DNA of 64,000 nucleotides, from the NCBI RefSeq assembly GCF_003018235.1, contig NZ_CP027437.1. One strand, given 5' to 3'. Each line of letters begins with the position of its first letter. Within the stretch, counting starts at the first letter, position 1. Shown piece after piece: positions 1-10,829 of this stretch. A model generated the notes under the pieces. The model was not told where the DNA came from. It ran no database searches and saw only the letters and a list, made by a program, of their open reading frames with translations. This DNA is from Escherichia coli (GTDB taxonomy: Bacteria > Pseudomonadota > Gammaproteobacteria > Enterobacterales > Enterobacteriaceae). A program made the translations under genes and the position numbers.

Positions 1-23
1 GCCCAGGCGTCAGGAGATAAAAG

Positions 24-959
24 ATGGCTAATCCGCTATATCAGAAACATATCATTTCCATAAACGACCTTAGTCGCGATGACCTTAATCTGGTGCTGGC
101 GACAGCGGCGAAACTGAAAGCAAACCCGCAACCAGAGCTGTTGAAGCACAAAGTCATTGCCAGCTGTTTCTTCGAAGCTTCTACCCGTACCCGCCTCTCT
201 TTCGAAACTTCCATGCACCGCCTGGGTGCCAGCGTGGTGGGCTTCTCCGACAGCGCCAATACATCACTGGGTAAAAAGGGCGAAACGCTGGCCGATACCA
301 TTTCGGTTATCAGCACTTACGTCGATGCGATAGTGATGCGTCATCCGCAGGAAGGTGCGGCGCGCCTGGCCACCGAATTTTCCGGCAATGTACCGGTACT
401 GAATGCCGGTGATGGCTCCAACCAACATCCGACGCAAACCTTGCTGGACTTATTCACCATTCAGGAAACCCAGGGGCGTCTGGACAATCTCCACGTCGCA
501 ATGGTTGGTGACCTGAAATATGGCCGCACCGTTCACTCCCTGACTCAGGCGTTAGCGAAGTTCGACGGCAACCGTTTTTACTTCATCGCGCCGGACGCGT
601 TGGCAATGCCGCAATACATCCTTGATATGCTCGATGAAAAAGGGATCGCCTGGAGTCTGCACAGCTCTATTGAAGAAGTGATGGCGGAAGTAGACATCCT
701 GTACATGACTCGCGTGCAAAAAGAGCGTCTGGACCCGTCCGAGTACGCCAACGTGAAAGCGCAGTTTGTTCTTCGCGCCAGCGATCTCCACAACGCCAAA
801 GCCAATATGAAAGTGCTGCATCCGCTGCCGCGTGTTGATGAGATTGCCACCGATGTTGATAAAACGCCGCACGCCTGGTACTTCCAGCAGGCAGGCAACG
901 GGATTTTCGCTCGCCAGGCGTTACTGGCACTGGTTCTGAATCGCGATCTGGTACTGTAA
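24..959 (+). CDS. pyrB: aspartate carbamoyltransferase catalytic subunit
   Basis: 311-aa ORF; carbamoyl-phosphate binding motif STRTR and HPLPR motif visible in translation; followed 12 bp later by pyrI. Confidence 0.95.
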
Positions 960-971
960 GGGGAAATAGAG

Positions 972-1433
972 ATGACACACGATAATAAATTGCAGGTTGA
1001 AGCTATTAAACGCGGCACGGTAATTGACCATATCCCCGCCCAGATCGGTTTTAAGCTGTTGAGTTTGTTCAAGCTGACCGAAACGGATCAGCGCATCACC
1101 ATTGGTCTGAACCTGCCTTCTGGCGAGATGGGCCGCAAAGATCTGATCAAAATCGAAAATACCTTTTTGAGTGAAGATCAAGTAGACCAACTGGCATTGT
1201 ATGCACCGCAAGCCACGGTTAACCGTATCGACAACTATGAAGTGGTGGGTAAATCGCGCCCAAGTCTGCCGGAGCGCATCGACAATGTGCTGGTCTGCCC
1301 GAACAGCAACTGTATCAGCCATGCCGAACCGGTTTCATCCAGCTTTGCCGTGCGAAAACGCGCCAATGACATCGCGCTCAAATGCAAATACTGTGAAAAA
1401 GAGTTTTCTCATAATGTGGTGCTGGCCAATTAA
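972..1433 (+). CDS. pyrI: aspartate carbamoyltransferase regulatory subunit
   Basis: 153-aa ORF immediately downstream of pyrB; C-terminal zinc-binding cysteines (CPNSNC...CKYC) visible. Confidence 0.95.
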
Positions 1434-1450
1434 TTGCGGTTGGTAATAAA

Positions 1451-1482
1451 AGTCTGGCTCCCTATAATGAGCCAGACTTTTT
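1451..1482 (+). terminator. intrinsic terminator after pyrBI (10-bp stem AGTCTGGCTC/GAGCCAGACT, then T-run)
   Basis: Perfect inverted repeat 1451-1460 / 1469-1478 followed by TTTTT; read directly from sequence. Confidence 0.55.
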
Positions 1483-1505
1483 ACCGCTGTAATAAAGGAG
1501 AAATC

Positions 1506-1892
1506 ATGAGCAAAACTATCGCGACGGAAAATGCACCGGCAGCTATCGGTCCTTACGTACAGGGCGTTGATCTGGGCAATATGATCATCACCTCCGGTCA
1601 GATCCCGGTAAATCCGAAAACGGGCGAAGTACCGGCAGACGTCGCTGCACAGGCACGTCAGTCGCTGGATAACGTAAAAGCGATCGTCGAAGCCGCAGGC
1701 CTGAAAGTGGGCGACATCGTTAAAACCACCGTGTTTGTGAAAGATCTGAACGACTTCGCAACCGTTAATGCTACCTACGAAGCCTTCTTCACCGAACACA
1801 ATGCCACCTTCCCGGCACGTTCTTGCGTTGAAGTTGCCCGTCTGCCGAAAGACGTGAAGATTGAGATCGAAGCGATCGCTGTTCGTCGCTAA
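1506..1892 (+). CDS. ridA: RidA (YjgF) enamine/imine deaminase
   Basis: 128-aa product starting MSKTIATENAPAAIGPY; ORF track start 1434 is an upstream in-frame extension; RBS AGGAG before the ATG at 1506. Confidence 0.9.
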   Translation: MSKTIATENAPAAIGPYVQGVDLGNMIITSGQIPVNPKTGEVPADVAAQARQSLDNVKAIVEAAGLKVGDIVKTTVFVKDLNDFATVNATYEAFFTEHNATFPARSCVEVARLPKDVKIEIEAIAVRR

Positions 1893-1950
1893 TCTTGACG
1901 GAAATCCGGGCTATCATGCCCGGATTAAGTCTGATGACAAAAGCAAAATC

Positions 1951-3259
<1,309 letters not shown>

Positions 3260-3284
3260 GTGATTCCTGCAATTTATTGAATTT

Positions 3285-3319
3285 GTAGGCCGGATTGGGC
3301 GTTTACGCCGCATCCGGCA
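3285..3319. repeat. REP palindrome (GTAGGCCGGATTGGGCGTTTACGCCGCATCCGGCA)
   Basis: Imperfect palindrome with GCCGGAT/ATCCGGC arms. Confidence 0.45.
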
Positions 3320-3377
3320 TGAACAAAGCTCACTTTGTCTGCAATCTGAATCCGGGCCACCATGCCCAGTTTATTCT

Positions 3378-6074
3378 TTACTGCCAGCCGTAACGACGGC
3401 TATAGAACCCTTTCACCAACTGGGTTAACGTCATATACCCTGCCAGAATCGCAACCAGCCACGGGAAATAGCTTAACGGCAGCGCCTGCAGCTGCAGATA
3501 ACTGGCCAGCGGTGAAAACGGCAATGCGATCCCGACAATCATCACGATCACGGTCATGATCATTAACGGCCACGATGCACAGCTCTGAATAAACGGTACA
3601 CGACGGGTGCGGATCATATGCACAATCAGCGTTTGCGACAGTAAGCCCACCACAAACCAGCCCGACTGGAACAGCGTTTGCGTTTCCGGCGTGTTGGCAT
3701 GGAATACCCACCACATCAGGCAAAACGTCAGAATATCGAAGATCGAGCTGATCGGTCCGAAGAAGATCATAAAGCGCCCCAGATCCGCCGGATTCCAACG
3801 CTGCGGCTTTTGAATTTGCTCATCGTCGACGTTATCAAACGGGATCGCCACCTGTGACACATCGTACAGCAGGTTCTGAATAAGCAAGTGTAACGGCAAC
3901 ATCGGCAGGAAGGGCAAGAAAGCACTCGCCACCAGCACGCTGAACACATTACCGAAGTTAGAGCTCGCCGTCATTTTGATGTATTTCAGCATGTTGGCGA
4001 AAGTGCGACGTCCCTCAATAACCCCCTCTTCCAGCACCATCAGGCTTTTTTCCAGCAGGATGATATCAGCCGCTTCACGGGCAATATCTACCGCGCCGTC
4101 CACAGAAATGCCGATATCCGCAGCACGTAAGGCGGGCGCATCATTTATACCATCGCCCATAAAGCCAACCACATGCCCTTCGCGCTTCAGTAAGGTCACA
4201 ATGCGTTCTTTATGCATCGGCGTCAGGCGAGCAAACAGCGTGGTGCGCTGTGCGAGATTTGCCAGTTCATCGTCAGATAGCGTTTCAATATCACTACCAA
4301 TGACCACCTCTCCCGCGTCCAGCCCCACTTCATGGCACACTTTCGCTGCAACTAACTCACTGTCGCCAGTAAGGATTTTTACGGTAATGCCACTCGCTTT
4401 TAATGCCTTCAGTGCCGGAGCAGTTGTCTCTTTTGGCGGATCAAGGAAAGCAATATATCCTTCGAGGATCAGGTCGGATTCATCCGCTCGCTGGTAATCG
4501 CCTTCACGCGCTGGCAGGTATTTCGTCGCCACCGCAACCACGCGCAGCCCCTGACGATTCAGCGTATCGGTAACCCGCTTAATCTTACGCAGCATGATGT
4601 CATCGAGTGGTACAATCTCGCCATTGTGACGCACCTGCGAACACACATTGAGGATTTCCTGCAATGCACCTTTGCAAACCAGCTGATGGTGCTCGGTATT
4701 TTCTGCCACTACCACCGACATCCGGCGACGCTCGAAATCAAACGGAATCTCATCAATTTTTTGCCAACGGCTGGCCAGCGAGCGCGCTGACTCTTCATCC
4801 GTACGTTCGAGCACCGCGGTATCAAGCAGGTTTTTAAGTCCGGTCTGGTAATGACTGTTCAACCACGCGCTATGCAGCACGCGTTCGCTGGTTTTACCGG
4901 AGATATCGGTATGATTCTCCAGCACAATTTTGTCCTGCGTCAGGGTGCCGGTTTTATCAGTGCACAGAATATCCATTGCGCCAAAGTTCTGAATGGCATC
5001 CAGATGCTTGACGATCACTTTCTGTTTCGACAGCTTTACTGCGCCGCGCGCCAGCGTCGAGGTAACAATCATCGGCAACATTTCTGGCGTTAAGCCTACC
5101 GCGACCGAAAGCGCAAACAGTGCCGCTTCCCACCAGTCACCTTTGGTGTAACCGTTGATAAGCAACACCACCGGAGCCATCACCAGCATAAAGCGAATCA
5201 GCAGCATACTGACGCGGCTGATCCCTTGCTGAAAGGCATTCGGCTCGCTTTCCTGCTCACTAACACGCCCCGCCAGTTGACCAAACCAAGTGTTGGCTCC
5301 TGTAGCAATCACCATTGCTTGTGCCGTGCCGCTCACCACGGTGGTGCCCATAAAACACAGGGTGTCGCACTCCAGCGGATTGCTGTGCTCCGGCTGGCGA
5401 GTGGTTGCAGCTTTTTCTACGGGCAGAGACTCGCCGGTTAACGACGCCTGAGCGACGAACAGATCCCGCGCCTGCAAGATACGTAAATCTGCCGGGATCA
5501 TATCTCCCGCCGCCAGTTTTATAATATCGCCGGGCACCAGCTGGTCGATCGGGATCTCCAGCCAGCCATTTTCGCCTTTGTCGTTAATTACGCGCAGCAC
5601 CGTCGCGGTATTGCTGACCATCGCTTTCAGGGCATCTGCCGCTTTAGTGGAACGTGCTTCCTGAATAAAGTTCAGCAACGTAGAAATAGCGACCATTAGC
5701 GCGATAACACCCGCGGCAAATAAATCTTCCGTGGCGTAAGAAATAGCGCCGAGAATGGTGAGTAAAATATTAAAGGGGTTGCGATAGCAGACCCATAAAT
5801 GAACCCACCACGGCGACGGTTGTTGTGCGGGTAATTTATTTTCACCATGTTGTTCGCGGGCAGATTCCACTTCCGCCTGATTTAATCCTTCCGGATGGGT
5901 GTCGAACGTTTTCCACAATTCTTCTTCGGGCATCACCGCCATTTTCAGGCAATGCGCACTTAAGGACGGCGGGACCGCCGTATTCACTGTCTGCTGCGCG
6001 CCAGGCAATGGATCGCGATGAACCAGACGGGAAGGTAAATGGCGAATGAACCGGGTAAAAATTTCTTTAAACAT
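3378..6074 (-). CDS. mgtA: Mg2+-importing P-type ATPase
   Basis: 898-aa ORF; P-type ATPase motifs DKTGTLT and GDGINDAPAL visible in translation. Confidence 0.95.
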   Translation of the reverse strand: MFKEIFTRFIRHLPSRLVHRDPLPGAQQTVNTAVPPSLSAHCLKMAVMPEEELWKTFDTHPEGLNQAEVESAREQHGENKLPAQQPSPWWVHLWVCYRNPFNILLTILGAISYATEDLFAAGVIALMVAISTLLNFIQEARSTKAADALKAMVSNTATVLRVINDKGENGWLEIPIDQLVPGDIIKLAAGDMIPADLRILQARDLFVAQASLTGESLPVEKAATTRQPEHSNPLECDTLCFMGTTVVSGTAQAMVIATGANTWFGQLAGRVSEQESEPNAFQQGISRVSMLLIRFMLVMAPVVLLINGYTKGDWWEAALFALSVAVGLTPEMLPMIVTSTLARGAVKLSKQKVIVKHLDAIQNFGAMDILCTDKTGTLTQDKIVLENHTDISGKTSERVLHSAWLNSHYQTGLKNLLDTAVLERTDEESARSLASRWQKIDEIPFDFERRRMSVVVAENTEHHQLVCKGALQEILNVCSQVRHNGEIVPLDDIMLRKIKRVTDTLNRQGLRVVAVATKYLPAREGDYQRADESDLILEGYIAFLDPPKETTAPALKALKASGITVKILTGDSELVAAKVCHEVGLDAGEVVIGSDIETLSDDELANLAQRTTLFARLTPMHKERIVTLLKREGHVVGFMGDGINDAPALRAADIGISVDGAVDIAREAADIILLEKSLMVLEEGVIEGRRTFANMLKYIKMTASSNFGNVFSVLVASAFLPFLPMLPLHLLIQNLLYDVSQVAIPFDNVDDEQIQKPQRWNPADLGRFMIFFGPISSIFDILTFCLMWWVFHANTPETQTLFQSGWFVVGLLSQTLIVHMIRTRRVPFIQSCASWPLMIMTVIVMIVGIALPFSPLASYLQLQALPLSYFPWLVAILAGYMTLTQLVKGFYSRRYGWQ

Positions 6075-6340
6075 AAGGAGTCCCTCCGCACTGTCTGAAA
6101 CAGTACAGAAATGTCTTCAGGCGTGGCGAAGCCTTACCTGAAGGTAATAAAGCTGAGCAGGGACGTTAAAACGTCACGGCCTTACGCATCCGGTAACGCC
6201 GTGAAAAGACGGGCTTACCGGAAAAGTTTTAATCTCCGTCGAGGGAGAGGCGTGGGATCAGGTTCCATATAACCTCCGGTAAGTGAAAAAAGCGCCGCAA
6301 ATAATAAGGAGAATCCAATAATATTCGTAGCATCTATGGC
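6075..6340 (-). promoter_or_regulatory. mgtA 5' leader (Mg2+/proline-responsive attenuator region)
   Basis: Long untranslated leader upstream of mgtA containing the mgtL leader ORF; extent approximate. Confidence 0.5.
6215..6268 (-). CDS. mgtL: mgtA leader peptide (17 aa, [17 protein letters not shown])
   Basis: Last 17 codons of the spurious 113-aa ORF 6215..6556; ATG at 6268-6266; proline-rich. Confidence 0.7.
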
Positions 6341-6452
6341 GATATAATACCTGCTGGCAACTAAACCAACGATAAACCAGACTTTACCCATTGCTGAATG
6401 CACGGGTAAAGTTAGGCTCAAATAATTAAACAACACGTTACGGGACAACAGG

Positions 6453-7400
6453 ATGCAAAATCGGCTGACCATCAAAGACATCGCGCGCTTAAGCGGCGTG
6501 GGGAAATCTACGGTTTCCCGGGTGCTGAATAACGAAAGCGGCGTGAGCCAGCGCACGCGCGAGCGTGTTGAAGCAGTGATGAATCAGCATGGATTTTCCC
6601 CTTCCCGCTCTGCGCGCGCTATGCGTGGGCAAAGCGATAAAGTGGTCGCCATCATTGTTACCCGTCTGGATTCGTTGTCAGAAAATCTCGCCGTTCAAAC
6701 CATGCTGCCAGCGTTCTATGAACAAGGTTACGATCCAATCATGATGGAAAGTCAGTTTTCCCCGCAATTAGTTGCCGAACATTTGGGGGTGCTGAAACGG
6801 CGTAATATCGACGGCGTAGTGCTGTTCGGTTTTACCGGCATAACAGAAGAAATGTTAGCCCACTGGCAGTCATCGCTGGTTCTGCTGGCGCGTGACGCAA
6901 AAGGCTTTGCTTCGGTCTGTTATGACGACGAAGGGGCAATCAAGATCCTGATGCAACGGCTGTATGACCAGGGACATCGTAATATCAGTTATCTCGGCGT
7001 GCCGCACAGTGACGTGACGACCGGTAAGCGACGTCACGAAGCCTACCTGGCGTTCTGCAAAGCGCATAAACTGCATCCCGTTGCCGCCCTGCCAGGCCTT
7101 GCTATGAAGCAAGGCTATGAGAACGTAGCAAAAGTGATTACGCCTGAAACTACCGCCTTACTGTGCGCAACCGACACGCTGGCACTTGGTGCAAGTAAAT
7201 ACCTGCAAGAGCAACGCATCGACACCTTGCAACTGGCGAGCGTCGGTAATACGCCGTTAATGAAATTCCTCCATCCGGAGATCGTCACCGTAGATCCTGG
7301 TTACGCCGAAGCTGGACGCCAGGCGGCCTGCCAGTTGATCGCGCAGGTAACCGGGCGCAGCGAACCGCAACAAATCATCATCCCCGCCACCCTGTCCTGA
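6453..7400 (+). CDS. treR: trehalose operon repressor (LacI family)
   Basis: 315-aa ORF; N-terminal HTH IKDIARLSGVGKSTVSRVLN. Confidence 0.9.
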   Translation: MQNRLTIKDIARLSGVGKSTVSRVLNNESGVSQRTRERVEAVMNQHGFSPSRSARAMRGQSDKVVAIIVTRLDSLSENLAVQTMLPAFYEQGYDPIMMESQFSPQLVAEHLGVLKRRNIDGVVLFGFTGITEEMLAHWQSSLVLLARDAKGFASVCYDDEGAIKILMQRLYDQGHRNISYLGVPHSDVTTGKRRHEAYLAFCKAHKLHPVAALPGLAMKQGYENVAKVITPETTALLCATDTLALGASKYLQEQRIDTLQLASVGNTPLMKFLHPEIVTVDPGYAEAGRQAACQLIAQVTGRSEPQQIIIPATLS

Positions 7401-7439
7401 TCGTTTCCTGAACGATAAATTGTGATCTTCGCTGCGTTT

Positions 7440-7453
7440 CGGGAACGTTCCCG
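7440..7453. promoter_or_regulatory. candidate TreR operator (perfect palindrome CGGGAACGTTCCCG)
   Basis: 14-bp perfect palindrome centred on CG, 65 bp upstream of treB; LacI-family operators are typically of this form. Confidence 0.4.
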
Positions 7454-7518
7454 TTTTTAAATTTTTCCGCGCAATATATTCTGCAGCCAACCAAAAATGT
7501 CATCTGCCATGGGGCTTT

Positions 7519-8940
7519 ATGATGAGCAAAATAAACCAAACGGATATCGATCGGTTGATTGAACTGGTCGGCGGGCGCGGCAATATTGCGACGGTGAGCC
7601 ACTGTATTACTCGCCTGCGCTTTGTCCTCAACCAACCGGCCAATGCCAGACCGAAAGAAATTGAGCAACTCCCCATGGTGAAAGGCTGTTTCACCAATGC
7701 CGGGCAATTTCAGGTGGTGATTGGCACCAACGTGGGTGATTACTATCAAGCACTGATTGCGTCAACCGGACAGGCGCAGGTTGATAAAGAGCAGGTAAAA
7801 AAAGCCGCACGGCAGAATATGAAATGGCATGAGCAGTTGATCTCTCATTTCGCGGAGATCTTCTTCCCGTTGCTGCCCGCGCTGATTAGCGGCGGTTTGA
7901 TCCTCGGGTTTCGCAATGTGATCGGCGATTTGCCCATGAGCAACGGTCAAACGCTGGCGCAAATGTACCCTTCCCTGCAAACGATCTACGATTTTCTGTG
8001 GTTGATCGGTGAAGCGATCTTCTTCTACCTGCCGGTCGGGATTTGCTGGTCAGCGGTGAAAAAAATGGGCGGCACGCCGATCCTTGGTATCGTGCTTGGC
8101 GTAACGCTGGTTTCTCCACAGCTGATGAACGCTTATCTGCTCGGGCAGCAGCTGCCAGAAGTGTGGGACTTTGGCATGTTCAGCATCGCCAAAGTGGGCT
8201 ATCAGGCGCAGGTGATCCCGGCACTGTTAGCCGGGCTGGCGCTGGGCGTTATTGAAACTCGCCTTAAACGCATCGTGCCGGATTACCTCTATCTGGTGGT
8301 GGTGCCCGTCTGTTCGCTGATCCTCGCGGTGTTCCTCGCCCATGCGCTGATTGGTCCGTTTGGTCGCATGATTGGCGATGGCGTTGCCTTTGCGGTACGT
8401 CACCTGATGACCGGCAGCTTTGCTCCGATTGGCGCGGCATTGTTTGGCTTCCTGTACGCCCCACTGGTGATCACCGGCGTACACCAGACCACGCTTGCTA
8501 TTGATTTGCAGATGATTCAAAGCATGGGTGGCACGCCAGTGTGGCCGCTGATTGCACTGTCGAATATCGCTCAGGGCTCCGCCGTGATAGGTATTATCAT
8601 TTCCAGCCGCAAGCACAATGAACGCGAGATCTCCGTGCCTGCCGCTATCTCCGCCTGGCTTGGAGTCACTGAGCCTGCTATGTACGGCATCAACCTGAAA
8701 TATCGCTTCCCGATGCTGTGCGCGATGATTGGTTCTGGTCTGGCAGGATTGCTATGCGGCCTGAACGGCGTTATGGCGAATGGCATCGGCGTAGGCGGCC
8801 TGCCGGGAATTCTCTCGATTCAACCGAGCTACTGGCAGGTGTTTGCGCTGGCAATGGCTATCGCCATCATCATCCCGATTGTACTCACCTCGTTTATCTA
8901 TCAGCGGAAATACCGCCTGGGCACGCTGGACATTGTTTAA
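7519..8940 (+). CDS. treB: PTS trehalose-specific EIIBC component
   Basis: 473-aa ORF; EIIB cysteine motif VSHCITRLR near the N-terminus; polytopic membrane domain. Confidence 0.9.
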   Translation: MMSKINQTDIDRLIELVGGRGNIATVSHCITRLRFVLNQPANARPKEIEQLPMVKGCFTNAGQFQVVIGTNVGDYYQALIASTGQAQVDKEQVKKAARQNMKWHEQLISHFAEIFFPLLPALISGGLILGFRNVIGDLPMSNGQTLAQMYPSLQTIYDFLWLIGEAIFFYLPVGICWSAVKKMGGTPILGIVLGVTLVSPQLMNAYLLGQQLPEVWDFGMFSIAKVGYQAQVIPALLAGLALGVIETRLKRIVPDYLYLVVVPVCSLILAVFLAHALIGPFGRMIGDGVAFAVRHLMTGSFAPIGAALFGFLYAPLVITGVHQTTLAIDLQMIQSMGGTPVWPLIALSNIAQGSAVIGIIISSRKHNEREISVPAAISAWLGVTEPAMYGINLKYRFPMLCAMIGSGLAGLLCGLNGVMANGIGVGGLPGILSIQPSYWQVFALAMAIAIIIPIVLTSFIYQRKYRLGTLDIV

Positions 8941-8989
8941 TTTTCTTCGGGGCGCAATTGCGCCCCCTCGCATTTGCAGGAATAACGTA

Positions 8990-10645
8990 ATGACTCATCT
9001 TCCCCACTGGTGGCAAAACGGCGTTATCTACCAGATTTATCCAAAAAGTTTTCAGGACACCACGGGTAGCGGCACCGGCGATTTACGTGGCGTTATCCAA
9101 CGCCTGGATTATCTGCATAAACTGGGCGTTGATGCCATCTGGCTAACCCCCTTTTATGTCTCTCCCCAGGTCGATAACGGTTACGACGTAGCGAATTATA
9201 CGGCGATTGATCCCACCTATGGCACGCTGGACGATTTTGACGAACTGGTGACACAGGCAAAATCGCGCGGGATTCGTATCATTCTCGATATGGTGTTTAA
9301 CCATACCTCTACCCAACATGCCTGGTTTCGCGAGGCGCTGAACAAAGCAAGCCCTTACCGCCAGTTTTATATCTGGCGCGATGGAGAACCAGAAACACCA
9401 CCGAACAACTGGCGTTCAAAATTTGGCGGTAGTGCGTGGCGCTGGCATGCGGAAAGCGAACAGTACTATTTGCATCTCTTTGCACCAGAACAGGCGGATC
9501 TCAACTGGGAGAATCCAGCGGTACGCGCAGAGCTGAAAAAAGTCTGTGAGTTCTGGGCCGATCGTGGGGTCGACGGGTTGCGCCTGGATGTGGTGAATCT
9601 GATCTCCAAAGATCCGCGTTACCCTGAAGACCAGGATGGCGACGGGCGTCGCTTCTACACCGACGGGCCACGAGCACACGAGTTTTTGCACGAGATGAAC
9701 CGCGATGTGTTTACGCCACGCGGGTTAATGACCGTAGGTGAAATGTCCTCCACCAGCCTTGAGCATTGCCAGCGATACGCGGCTCTGACAGGCAGTGAAT
9801 TGTCGATGACCTTTAATTTTCATCACCTGAAGGTCGATTATCCCGGTGGTGAGAAATGGACGCTGGCTAAACCTGACTTTGTGGCGTTGAAAACATTGTT
9901 CCGCCACTGGCAACAAGGAATGCACAACGTGGCATGGAATGCCTTGTTCTGGTGTAACCACGATCAGCCGCGCATTGTTTCTCGCTTTGGTGATGAAGGT
10001 GAATACCGCGTGCCTGCGGCAAAAATGCTGGCGATGGTGCTGCATGGCATGCAGGGAACGCCGTATATCTACCAGGGCGAAGAGATTGGCATGACCAACC
10101 CGCATTTCACGCGCATTACTGACTATCGCGACGTGGAGAGCCTCAATATGTTTGCCGAGCTGCGCAACGATGGGCGTGATGCCGACGAGTTATTGGCAAT
10201 CCTCGCCAGTAAATCCCGTGACAACAGTCGCACACCCATGCAATGGAGCAACGACGATAATGCCGGGTTTACGGCTGGCGAACCGTGGATTGGCCTGGGC
10301 GATAACTATCAACAAATCAACGTAGAAGCCGCGCTGGCCGATGAGTCCTCGGTGTTTTACACCTACCAAAAGTTAATCGCACTGCGTAAGCAAGAAGCCG
10401 TTCTGACATGGGGCGATTACCAGGATCTGCTGCCAAACAGCCCTGTATTGTGGTGCTATCGCCGTGAATGGAAGGGGCAAACCTTACTGGTCATTGCCAA
10501 CCTTAGCCGTGAGACCCAACCCTGGCAGCCAGGGAAAATGCTCGGCAACTGGCAGCTTGTGATGCATAACTACGAAGAAGCCTCACCACAACCCTGTGCC
10601 ATGACTTTACGGCCTTTTGAGGCTGTCTGGTGGTTACAGAAGTAA
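8990..10645 (+). CDS. treC: trehalose-6-phosphate hydrolase (GH13)
   Basis: 551-aa product from ATG 8990 (MTHLPHWWQNGVIYQIYPKSF); ORF-track start 8843 is an upstream extension overlapping treB. Confidence 0.9.
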   Translation: MTHLPHWWQNGVIYQIYPKSFQDTTGSGTGDLRGVIQRLDYLHKLGVDAIWLTPFYVSPQVDNGYDVANYTAIDPTYGTLDDFDELVTQAKSRGIRIILDMVFNHTSTQHAWFREALNKASPYRQFYIWRDGEPETPPNNWRSKFGGSAWRWHAESEQYYLHLFAPEQADLNWENPAVRAELKKVCEFWADRGVDGLRLDVVNLISKDPRYPEDQDGDGRRFYTDGPRAHEFLHEMNRDVFTPRGLMTVGEMSSTSLEHCQRYAALTGSELSMTFNFHHLKVDYPGGEKWTLAKPDFVALKTLFRHWQQGMHNVAWNALFWCNHDQPRIVSRFGDEGEYRVPAAKMLAMVLHGMQGTPYIYQGEEIGMTNPHFTRITDYRDVESLNMFAELRNDGRDADELLAILASKSRDNSRTPMQWSNDDNAGFTAGEPWIGLGDNYQQINVEAALADESSVFYTYQKLIALRKQEAVLTWGDYQDLLPNSPVLWCYRREWKGQTLLVIANLSRETQPWQPGKMLGNWQLVMHNYEEASPQPCAMTLRPFEAVWWLQK

Positions 10646-10788
10646 ATCTTCGCTAAGCCCCGGTAATGCCTGTCATTCCGGGGTTTTGCCTGTCAGTATG
10701 TTGTTTTTGTTGATTTTATAATCAAAAAATTCATTAAAAAATTTACATATCGCTGTAGCGCCCGTCATCCGTACGCTCTGCTTTTTAC

Positions 10789-10802
10789 TTTGAGCTACAT
10801 CA
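10789..10802. promoter_or_regulatory. candidate FNR site (TTGAGCTACATCAA)
   Basis: Matches TTGAT-N4-ATCAA with one mismatch, about 240 bp upstream of the anaerobic nrdD gene. Confidence 0.35.
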
Positions 10803-10829
10803 AAAAAAGTTCAAACATCCTTGATGCAA

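Noticed and set aside
1903-1926. Hairpin AATCCGGGC-TATCAT-GCCCGGATT after ridA as an intrinsic terminator
   Set aside because: No U-tract follows; more likely part of the REP/BIME-type spacer than a standalone terminator, so not listed as a feature.
3400-4497. Several 60-173-aa ORFs on both strands within mgtA
   Set aside because: Alternate-frame or antisense ORFs embedded in a continuous 898-aa P-type ATPase gene.
6215-6556. 113-aa minus-strand ORF spanning the treR start region
   Set aside because: Overlaps the treR promoter and N-terminus on the opposite strand and has no RBS at its start; only its last 17 codons (mgtL) are real.
8843-8989. Upstream extension of treC to a 600-aa ORF
   Set aside because: Overlaps the treB 3' end in another frame; the known TreC N-terminus MTHLPHWW starts at 8990 and gives the expected 551 aa.
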